Below are positions 24,720-35,140 of a DNA stretch of 64,000 bases, piece by piece. The notes below the pieces were generated by a model. That model saw nothing but the letters and a program-made list of their open reading frames with translations. It made no database searches and was not told where the DNA came from. Source of the DNA: Octopus sinensis (taxonomy: Eukaryota); assembly GCF_006345805.1 (NCBI RefSeq), contig NC_043001.1, positions 104,222,001 to 104,286,000 on the forward strand, given 5' to 3'. Made by a program: the position numbers and the translations under genes. Positions within the stretch are counted from its first letter, which is position 1, and each line of letters opens with the position of its first letter.

Positions 24720-24915
24720 TGGAGTAAAGATGGTTTGCCAACATAACATGCAGTCCTGGTTTAGGACGAATGTTGCTGTAATTTAAGCCCCAGGAGACTT
24801 TGTCTCCAGCTGGCTATACAACACAATCTGTGTCCTTATATTTTTGAACAAGGGAATCCAGCACCCCCACTCAGCTCAAAACCTGTTATGTTGGTAAACA
24901 ATCTTTACTCCAAAG
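24720..24915. mobile_element. Internally deleted copy of the palindromic MITE-like element at 29985-30409
   Basis: Ends TGGAGTAAAGAT.GTTTGCCAACAT / ATGTTGGTAAACAATCTTTACTCCAAAG(TA). One arm is retained. A related fragment lies near 18000-18065. Confidence 0.8.
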
Positions 24916-25080
24916 TACTGTGGCTGAGTATCTCTCATTGTGAGATTTACAAATAGTAATTTTCTTATCTAACTTGTTTTAAATTGAAATACAATTTTAC
25001 TTGATCTCAGTAGATAACTAGACTACAATACCAAATTATATATTTGACAATGTAATTAAAGCCAAGTAAAATAAACCTAC

Positions 25081-25224
25081 CTTTGTTGGCTGATTAAAGA
25101 TTCTAGGAGTTGTCTCACTGTTTAATTTTTCTGTCGGATTTTCTAGACAAGGGCTAACAGTTGGGCTTTTAGCAGGTGCTGTCAACAAAGAGTTGAGGCC
25201 ATAACCAGAAATGAATTTATCCAT
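25081..25224 (-). CDS. SCYL2: SCYL2 exon (MDKFISGYGLNSLL...RIFNQPTK)
   Basis: ctattttag|ATG acceptor, AAG|gtaggt donor, 144 nt, phase 0-0. Position corresponds to the human IDKVFNNIGADLL exon. Confidence 0.85.
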
Positions 25225-27349
25225 CTAAAATAGAAAAATAATTATTCATTTCCAGTATTTGAATTTGTGTTTTTATTTTTTATTAAACATGTTTTGCATC
25301 AGCGTAATTAAAACAAAAATGAGTAACACTTTTTTTTTTGTCATTATCGTGAAATGCTGTCTCTGTTAACCATGGATTCGAGGTGGTATGTCATTTATTT
25401 TTGCATAAACTTGAAGTATTTTGTGTCCTGTTTAGACCACTCTTTGAGATTAGTTCTGTAAATGAAAATGTAGTTTTTACTACACAATCTACATACTCTT
25501 TCACATGAACCTTGGTGCCCTAGAAAGTGAGGAGGTCTAGTCTTCAGATCTTTTGACTCAATGTAGATATCTTCCCAAAGAAAATCTGATATATTTCTTT
25601 CTTTCCCTCCCCCATATTTAGACCTCTCACTCATCTACAGCAAAACACCTACCTCTGCCCCCACCTCCCATTTCAGGGATTTTGTCTTGCAAGACACTTG
25701 GTGACCCCTTTCGGTGCTGGTGCCATGTGATAAGCATCCAGTACACTGTAAAGTGGTTCATGTTAAGAATGGCATCCGGCTGTAGAACCCATGCCAAAAC
25801 TGACAATGGAGTGTTTGACAGTTTGACTGGGGATTGGCTAGCCAGGAGGCTGCACCAGGCTCTGACCTGATTTGGCAAGGTTTCTACAGCTGGATGCCCT
25901 TCCTAGCACCAATCACTCAGAGTGCAGTGGGTGCTTTTTATGTGCCACCAGCATAGGTGCCAGTCAGGTAACATTGGCATCAACTACACTCAAATAGTGC
26001 ATTTTACATACCACCAGCACAGGTGCCTGTCAGGCAGCACAGGCCTCAACCATGCTCAAATGACATTCTATCGGTTAAATTTGATTGTTAGGATTCCACT
26101 GAAGGAAGAGTTGTTTACCATTTCCAGCAGATTACATCCAAGTAAAAATCAAATGAAGGGCTGAAGCACAAAATTGGCTGCAATTGATTCGATGGTTAAG
26201 GGCCACCACGTGGCAAGTAGAAACTTGAATGGCAAAGAAATAAATACTTTATGTACAACAGTATTAAGGTGACCTGAAACCAATGAATCTGGTAAGGGGT
26301 CTGGTGGCAGCAAAGTGTGTTGCTGAAGACCGTTGGAAGCCTTATTTCCCAAACTAGCAAGAAGAAAATTTACTAAATAACAATTATGAATGTAGAAAAT
26401 ATTGATTTCATTTGATCAAACTCCTGGCTTTACGTTAAAGATCTGGAATGCTATGTAACGTCTCTTCCTTTGTTTCAAAAGGCAACGGAAATGAAATAAG
26501 TTTAGTTTCCTCCTATTGAAACCCCATAACAGCAACTTCAGCTCACATCCTGCTACATTATCGTCTGTTGCTGCATTAAAGTTTTTTTATTCATTTGCTT
26601 GTTTCAGGCATTTGAATGCAGCCATGCTTGAGCATTGTGTTTAGTCAAACAAATCGACCCCAGGACTTATTCTTTGTAAGCTGGTGGCATGTAAAAAGCA
26701 CCATTCAAGCATGATCGTTGCCAGTGCCACCTGACTGGCACTCATGGTAAAAACCACCCACTACATTCTCAGAGTGGTTGGCGTTAAGAAAGGCATCCAG
26801 CTGCAGAAACTTTGCCAGATCAGATTGGAGCCTGGTGCAGCCTTCTCACTAGCCAGCCCTCAGTCAAACCGTCCAACCCATGCCAGCATGGAAAGCAGAT
26901 GTTAAACGATGATGATAAGCTTAGTATTTATTCTATCAGTCTCTTTTGCCAAACCGCTAAGTTATGGGACATAAACCTACCAGCATTGGTTCTCAAGCGA
27001 TGTTGGAGGGACAAAGACAGACACACACGTAAATAGATATGATGGACTTCTTTCAGTTTCCCTCTACCAAATCCACTCACAAGGCTTTGGTTGGCCTGAG
27101 GCTATAGTGTAAGAAGACACTTGCCCAAAGTGCCACGCAGTGGGACTGAACCTGGAACCATATGGTTGGGAAGCAAGCTACTTACCACATAGCCACTCCT
27201 GCACTGTTATAAAGAAAGCAATGAAATTCTTCATGAAAAACATGCAGTAAGAAAACCAAACCAGCACCTCTCCACCACAACCACCACCAACAGCATTATC
27301 AATTACCAAATTAGTGACATACACTTCAAGACCAATAGAAAGTAAAACA

Positions 27350-28040
27350 AAAATTTCAGGCCTTGTGCCTAGAGTGGAAAAGAATAATTAAGGCGGCAAT
27401 CTGGCAGAATCGTTAGCACGCTGGGCGAAATGCTTGCAAGTATTTTGTCTGCCAATACATTCTGAGTTCAAATTCCGCCAAGGCGGACTTTGCCCTACAT
27501 CCTTTCGAGGTTGATAAATTAAGTACCAGTTCCATACTGGGGTTGATCTAATCCACTGACCCCCTCCCCACAAAAATTTCACGCCTAGAGTAGAAAAGAA
27601 TATTTAAGGCGGCAAGCTGGTAGCAATGTTTGCACACCAGGCGAAATACTTAGCGTTATTTTGTTTGTCTTTGTTCTGAGTTCAAATTCTGCAAAGGTTG
27701 ACTTTGCCTTTCATCGTTTCAGGGTCAGTTGCATACTGGGGTTGATCTAATCGACTGGCCCCCTCCCCACAAAAATTTTGGGCCTTGTGCCTAGAGTAGA
27801 AAAGTATATTATTGATCTTCAGAATAAGGGGTCGAGCTAGGAGAATCGTTAGCATGCCGGACGAAATGCTTGCAAGTATTTCATCTGCCGCTAAGTTCTG
27901 AGTTCAAATCCCACTGAGGCCGTCTTAATCTTTTATCCTTTCAGGGTTGATTAAATAATTACCAGTTACGCACTGGGATTGATATAATTGACTTAATCCC
28001 GTTCCCCACAAGCTGCCCTTATGGCAAAAATTTGAAATCA
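27350..28040 (+). mobile_element. tRNA-derived SINE family B, three head-to-tail copies plus a partial tail; other copies at about 1045-1220, 18529-18958 (pair), 20065-20295(-), 28190-28395, 31885-32060, 36170-36345, 48140-48350(-), 60490-60670(-)
   Basis: Repeated unit AAGGCGGC..CTGGCAGAATCGTTAGC...GAGTTCAAATTC (B-box)...TTTGCCTTTCATCCTTTC.GGGT.GATAAA..AAGTACCAGTT...GGCCTTGTGCC. Confidence 0.85.
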
Positions 28041-29984
28041 TTAGCCTTCAGAATCTTTGCAAGGACAGATCTACATGCTTCATTGCACAGACAAGGAGTT
28101 GCACCAGAAGTAATCCTTTCTTTTCAAAACCTAGAGATAAGCCTTTTCTGAATTGTTACGGGTCAGTGTATTTTATCCTTGATTGGATTTAGAGACGGAC
28201 AAAATGCTGACGCATTTTGTCTGTGTTTATGTTCAGGGGTTCAAGTTCCACTGTGGCCAACTTTATCTTTCACCCTTCCAAGGTCAATAAAACAAGTACC
28301 ATTCGAATACTGAGGGGGATCAATGTAATCGACTTGCCCCCACCCCCACCCTCCCCTGAAATTGCTGGCCTTGTCCAAAAATTTGAAACCAGTATTTGTT
28401 GATGAAAATACATCAACCATTGTTATGCAGAATATTTTAATACTTCGAATTTCTGCAGATTATCTTAATCCCCATAAAATCAAGAAGATTGGGTCCCAAC
28501 GAGCAGCAGACCACTTCCATTCAATTTTGTACAACATAACTTAGTTGCTGTCCACAAAATAAAGATACAACTTATTATTTTCTAATCCGAAGTCAACAAG
28601 AATAAGGAAGGGATATATAGCATGGCACCTTGGGCAAGTGTCTTCTACTATAGCCTCAGGCTGACCAAAGCCTTGTGAGTGGATTTGGTAGATGAAACTG
28701 AAAGAAGCCCATCATATATATATGTGTGTGTGTGTGTATGTTTGTGTGTCTGTGTTTGTCCCCCCACAACATCACTTGATAACCAATGCTGGTGTGTTTA
28801 CATCCCTGTAACTTAGCGGTTCAAGGCTTACAAAGAATAAGTCCTGGGGTCGATTTGCTCAACTAAAGCCGGTGCTCCAGCATGGCTGCAGTCAAAAGAC
28901 TGAAACAAGTAAAAGAATAAACAGATATAAATTACTGTTGATATCCTTTGTCTTCTGCAACGGCTCAACCTTAAGTGAGGGAAAGGAATTTGATTATTTA
29001 CCCAGATCCAAAATTTTTGACATTTTTCAATCCTAATGTCAAACCAAACACAGATATAATAACGATAATGCATCATCATCGATTAACGTCCGTTTTCCAT
29101 GCTGGCATGGGTTGGACGGTTTGACTGGGGAATGGCGAACCAGATGGCTGCACCAGGCTCCAATCTGATCTGGCAAGGTTTCTACAGCTGGATGCCCTTC
29201 CTAACGCCAACCACTCTGAGAGTGTAGTGGGTGCATTTTTACATGCCACCAGCGCAGGGGCCAGAGGGGGCTGGCATCGACTTGTTTTGGCAATGAAAAT
29301 TTTCAAGAGGATATTCAAAGCATTTTCATTGCCCCTTAAAAATTTTAGAGGTTGCAAGCATACCCCTTGTTTCCAAGCCAACAAACTCAAAACTCCATAA
29401 ATGTTAGATTCGCTTTATATGTCAAAAACTCTCATTCAGAAACATTGTGAATGAGTGAAAAGACTTTTGGCAAGGAAGTCCTGTGGAATGTTAATGAGAT
29501 CGAGTAGAGGGGTTTGTTTGGTAAATTCAAATAGACAACACCCAAGAATCGCTAAGTATGAATGAGAAGATCAACAACTTGTGATATCTTCCATTAAAGA
29601 GTCGAAAAATGTTTCACAAATTATGAAATTTTTCATGGCTCAACAAACGAATAAGTCATTTCATGAAAACAACTTCAACATGAAGAACAATCAGTTAGGA
29701 AAAAGAATATAAAAGGAACAAAGCATTAAGAGAATTAAAGAAACATGCAAGAAAATCGACAATTTTATGCTTTTTTATAAATATATGTCTGAGGCAATTC
29801 TGCTGTTTGCTAACTCTCTAAGATAATCATTGTAAACACAAAAGGAGTCGCCTTAGTTCTGTTGTATCCAATATTCATGCAGGGATTAACCAAAGACAAC
29901 AGCAGATAATATACTGATGCAAGAGTGGTGATGGTCATATTTAACAGAGCTCATGCAAATAACAAGATGGTGGAAACAGATAAA

Positions 29985-30409
29985 ACTTTGGAGTAAAGAT
30001 TGTTTGCCAACATTACATGGCAGCCTTGGTTTAGAACGAATGGAGACATTGTCTCCAGCTGGCTATACGACACAATCTGTATCCTTAGATTTTTGAACAA
30101 GGGAATCCAGCACCCCTACTCAGCTCAAAACAATATGTGTATTGCGATTTCTGGGTTATTTCCCTTATCAGCACAGAATAATTTGGTAGCACCACTTCTA
30201 GGCAAACAATTATTCTGTGCTGAGGAAGGGAAATAACCCAGAAATTGCGATACATAGATCTTGTTTTGAGCTGAGTGGGGGTGCTAGATTACCTTGTTCG
30301 AAATTATAAGGACACAGATCGTGTTGTATAGCCAGCTGGAGACAAAGTCTCCATTCATTCTAAACCAAGGCTGCCATGTAATGTTGGCAAACAATCTTTA
30401 CTCCAAAGT
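29985..30409. mobile_element. 425-bp fold-back (palindromic) MITE-like element
   Basis: Inverted arms of about 200 bp (ACTTTGGAGTAAAGAT... / ...ATCTTTACTCCAAAGT) around a loop of about 24 nt at 30186-30209. TA at the right end. Confidence 0.88.
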
Positions 30410-30666
30410 ATTGTTGCTGCATATCTCTCGTTGTGAGATTTAAAGATAGTAATTTACTAAGAAAACTATCTTTGACTGAAATTAGCAAGACATCAAAACT
30501 AACCAACACAGAACTAACTTTGAATGTAGACCAACGTTTGCTTCCATCCATTAAATGACTGACATTGTGCCAGTCCCAATTCACCAATGAATTGCAGACC
30601 ACAAGAATACACAACAGTTGAGACTTCATTTTCTTAAGAGTTTGCAATTTAAGATATTTTGCCTTG

Positions 30667-31467
30667 TACGTTATTTACATTGTCTACATTTGACGGATAT
30701 ATGTCCTCATCTTGTTTGCTGTTAACACGTTTCAGCTGATATACCCTCCAGATGTCATCAGGTGTCTTAGGGAAATTTCAAACCTGGGTTCTCACTCCTA
30801 AGGTATTTTTCAATGCTATTATTATAATTATTATTGAGTGAGAGAGCAGTGCATGCCATCAAAGTGGCACTGGGGTAAAATATACAAAGCCCAATATACC
30901 CATCATGACTACCCGTCTGATAAGGGTACACCAGGCACATGCATCACAATGATATGTGCGCGACATGGTGATCTCATATCAAGATAAACAGCACATGACC
31001 TTGCAGGTGGGGCCCAGTTAGAATTTTCTTCTGGTTGAGTAACCCATCCCGCTCAAAAGGTCCCTGAATAAGGGTTGTTTAAGGATGTTGAACAAAACAC
31101 CCATGTTTCCAGAGGTGAATTATTCAAACCCCAAAGAATCCCTCTCAACACACGGCTATGATGCTCCCCCACTACTTCTGCTCGTGATCAGAGATGCACA
31201 TATCGTCAGCCACTAAGGGACATGCTCAACTGGTTAAGGTCAAACAACTGACAAGCAAATCTGTGGTATTGAGCAGAACATTTGCTTCAGGTCACTGCCT
31301 GGAATCAAACTCGGAATCTTGGGGTTAGTAGCCCATGCTCTTAACCACTACGCCATATGCCCGTGGGCATATCAGCTGAAATATTGTGTTAACAACAAAC
31401 AAGATGAAGACAAATATCCGTCAAGTGTAAATAATGTACATAATTCCTCATCTCTTAAATATAGAAC
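30667..31467 (-). mobile_element. Composite element: tRNA-like head (31366 to 31287), AAT linker and hammerhead-motif tail (30815 to 30667), plus a truncated direct copy of the tail (31367-31467); a different ~450-bp repeat (30836-31286) sits in the linker
   Basis: A-box TGGCGTAGTGG and B-box GAGTTTGATTCC on the minus strand. CTGATGA...GAAAC hammerhead core at 30761-30728. The tail is shared with 41091-41487. Confidence 0.75.
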
Positions 31468-32609
31468 TTAATTATATTTTGCCTTGTCTAAAATTTTTTC
31501 TTGTTCAACATGAAATCCCATTCTTGTGGTAAACTCCCAAACTACAAATTGTTTAGCTTCCAAGGACATTTTAGCTGTGACCACCCTACCTTTTTGTTAG
31601 CCAAGACTGCATTGTCTAGTATTTTCCTCTTTTTAAAGACGATATAGGGTGTGGTTTGAATGAGATTTAAATGCTACTTTTAGCAAATCAATTAAACAGC
31701 ATACAGTCTCATCAGATGGAAGTTCAGTGTTTGGCCCAAAAGACAGGATACAAACTAATTAGTCTTCAGCTGATAATTGTTTCACTCTCAACACAAAATG
31801 TGAGCTTTAAGAGACGATATTTTGTGGTTACATGAATGAGATGCAAGCACAGATTGCTAAACCAAATCATAGCTGTTAACAATTTAAGACAGAAGAACAG
31901 TTAGCAGACTGGACCAAATGCTTGGCACCATTTCATCCGTCTTCACATTCTCGGTTCAAATTCTGCCAAGACCAGCTTTACGTTTTGGGGGTCAGTAAAA
32001 TAAAAATCATTTGACCCCTTGGGTCAATGTAATCATTGCAGTCCTTGTGCCAAAAATGTTATGTAGATAACTGGAGGCTGCATAACGTGATGACATTTGA
32101 AACAAATTGAACCAGAACGTGTGGGAGTCCATTTGAGAAGTCATACAAGATTTTGGTGTTGAAGATAAGGAGGTCCGGTGCGTGTGTAAGAGTGTACAAT
32201 CTGTTTGTGTGACCATGTCAATGTGCAGGGATCGTTTTAACTTGGGAAATGCATTTTTAGCACTTGTCATACGTGAGTTCTGCCGTGTATTATTTCCCCA
32301 CACGTTTTCACTGTCACACACTCACCACTGACGAATACCTTTCAAAACAATCTGTCAGGAAAATAACCAAGAAGGAAACAGAAAGACGACTACAAGAAGC
32401 AAACGGAGACATTCTTTCGTTTACATCAACAATGGTAACTTGAAAGTGTCGGGGGAGAAGGAGTGATAGCAATAGAACAACATGCAGCCAACATGAACAA
32501 CAACACCAAAGAAGCAGTCACATGGAGATAAAAAAATACTAGAATTACAAATCTCTCACACACACACAATGCACTGAAGGGTTAAATGCTGTGAGGTGTG
32601 CAGGCTTAC

Positions 32610-32630
32610 CTTACTGTTATCCCTTTCGCT
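32610..32630 (-). CDS. Candidate alternative 21-nt SCYL2 microexon (SERDNSK)
   Basis: ttttctcattttcttgggttgaccag|AGCGAAAGGGATAACAGTAAG|gtaagc. In frame and stop-free in the phase-0 intron 25225-37892. No transcript evidence. Confidence 0.45.
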
Positions 32631-34696
32631 CTGGTCAACCCAAGAAAATGAGAAAACAGCATTTGACAAGATACAATTGAGCAGCTACACGTAACATTTA
32701 AGAGCTTAATATTTGCATAAAAGAGAACCGCAAAGAATCAAATAAACATTTAGCTCTGGCCCTTCCCTGCCCTATTAGGGGTAACCAACTATCTCCTCTG
32801 TAGTAAAACAACTATCTCTCAACCACTCTGTTATACTCTAACCTCTCACCTGGGTCACAGTTTTGGTTCCACTCCCTCTCTCAGCTGTCTTGCAATCTGC
32901 TGGCTGACCCCACTGGTGCCACATAAAAAGCACCCAGTACACTCTGTAAAGTGGTTGGTGTTAGGAAAGGCATCCAGCCATAGAAACCATACCAAAGCAG
33001 GCAGATGGGGCTTGGTGCAGCCCTCCAGCTCCAGTCAAACTGTCCAACCCATACCAGCACAGAAAACAGATGATAAACGATGGTGAGGCTTTATACTGGA
33101 GACAGGTTGTATTTGTTAATTATCAATTCTTTGAAAATGTGAAACTCAATAACGATATACCAACACACAGTTTCAATTGCCATCAACATCATTTAGCTCT
33201 GCTTTTCTATAAGGGGATGAGTTGGAGGAGTCAAGAGAAAGTTGGCCAGTTTTTGTCCAAAGACAGGTCAGCCACCATGACTCACTCTTACACTCACAAC
33301 ATATAACATGTGATGTTTTATGCAGAGCCATACAGCAAAAACAAAACAAAAAGAAACGTTCTAACATAACTGAATTAAAGGACTCAATACATTTAGATAG
33401 AGTGGATAGAAAATTTAATATTATAAAGAAGATTTTGACTGCAAACAATATGTGTATTTTTACTTTGTTTCAGTCATTAGACTGTGGCCATGCTGGGGCA
33501 CCACTATTTTTTTTTTATTCTGTTGGTTCCTTTTGCTGAACTGCTAAATTACAGATATGTAAACACACCAACACTGGTTGTCAAGCGGTGGTGGGTGACA
33601 AATAGACACAAAGGCACACATACACACATACACACATGATAGGCTTCTTTCAGTTTCCATCTACTAAGTCCACTCACAAGACCTCGGTTGGCCCAAGGTT
33701 ATAGTAGAAGACAAGGTGCCATGCAGTGGAACTGAACCCAGAACCATGTCACAGTTATGTAACCTACACTGCTAGAAAATATATTTGATTGGTTTCTCTT
33801 TAATGGAGATACTAAAAACGAAATCCCTGTTCAGAATGAACCAGAAGAATAATGAGAAAAACAAGAATGTTGATTTAAAAGTCATGGATTATTTTCATAA
33901 TTCTCACTCAACTGCATCAAATTAACCCATTTTATCCCAATATCTATGAGTACATATTATTTAGCACAGAACAGGTTATTATCAACTGACAGGTTTAAAT
34001 TGTGTGAAACACAGAGAGGGAGAGAGCTGTTCAATTCAGTTTTGGTAGAAAACCAGATAATTGTAGTCATTTAAGTTTGTTTTTTGGTTGCAAACTTGAA
34101 ATAATGAAAATCACAAAAACATGTAAAGTCTTATCCATTTGTTGCCAATCTATTTAATAAACATTTATTTTGCTCTTATGCCATGCAGTAAAAGCAATGG
34201 AATTGTTCAGAGTTACAAACATTTTGTAGTCATTTTCCGATTTTGGGTCCCACCTCATCTCAAGGTCTACAAATGTAGACGCTTCAAGAAAATAGGAACC
34301 CCTTTCATTCAATGAAGTTGAAATTTCACCAATAACTATGTTTGATTAAAACAGATCTGAGTTCATAATTTCGTAGGTTTTGCTACATTTCTTCTATCCC
34401 TTTCTTCTATAAAGACACCTGTGCCAGCACCACATTTGAGAACCGTGTTCCACATAAAAAGCACCTGTGCTGGTGCCACATAAAAAAAAAACACCCAGAA
34501 TATTCTGTGGAGTGGTTGGCATTAAAAAGGGCATCCAGTAACAAAAACTATGCCAAAACAGACGACTGGAGCCTGGGGCAGTCCTCCACTTTGCCAGCTC
34601 TTGTCAAACTCTCCAACCCATGCCAGCATAGAAAACAGATGTGAAACAAGAGAAATTTTACACATTTTTGTAAATCTGTATCCACTTTCCTATTAA

Positions 34697-35140
34697 CCAT
34701 TTAGCTGTTAACCCTTTCATTACAGTATTTATTTTGAGATGCTCTGTGTTTCTTTCAATTAATTTTAAATATAACAAAGAATTTAGTAAAATAGCTTAGT
34801 TATCATTAAGCTAGTGCTAGGAACATAAATTGTGATTAAGGTTTGGTGGAAGATTTTAATTCAAATCTTATGAAAACAAAACATTTGTATGACAGAGCCA
34901 GAGCTGGTTTCAACCGGGTTGGTAATGAAGGAGTTAAGCCAGCTGTATCCAGCCCAAATATTTCTCATTCTATGCTCAAACAGGCCAGATCTGACTGCTC
35001 ACACCTGACCTACAATGTCATTCTAAAAATAAATAATTATATGATTGAAGACTCAAAGCTATGGGATAATGCCTGATTAATTCTAAACAATGTGAATAAA
35101 TAAGCAGAACTTTTGGCAGAGGAATCTGAATGCTAAAAGG
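34697..35140 (+). mobile_element. Second TTAA-type MITE (host of the nested copy above); another copy at about 60088-60297(-)
   Basis: Termini CC(A/C)TTTAGC / GCTAAAAG(G). The copy at 60.1 kb shows the uninterrupted site with a single TTAA. Confidence 0.7.
34712..34933 (+). mobile_element. piggyBac-type MITE (~220 bp); copies at 44599-44818(+), 62687-62907(-), 61509-61715(-, truncated)
   Basis: TTAA on both flanks of the intact copies. Termini CCCTT(T)(C/T)GTTAC. Internal sequence shared among four copies. Confidence 0.85.

Noticed and set aside
26248-26353. SCYL2 exon candidate (ORF 26149..26352)
   Set aside because: The phase 2-to-0 role is filled by exon 37893-37974, which has homology and better splice sites. 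In phase 0 this candidate hits TAA at codon 4.
31287-31366. Functional tRNA gene
   Set aside because: The acceptor and anticodon stems do not pair fully, the B box is decayed, and the sequence is embedded in a repeat. It is better explained as a SINE head.
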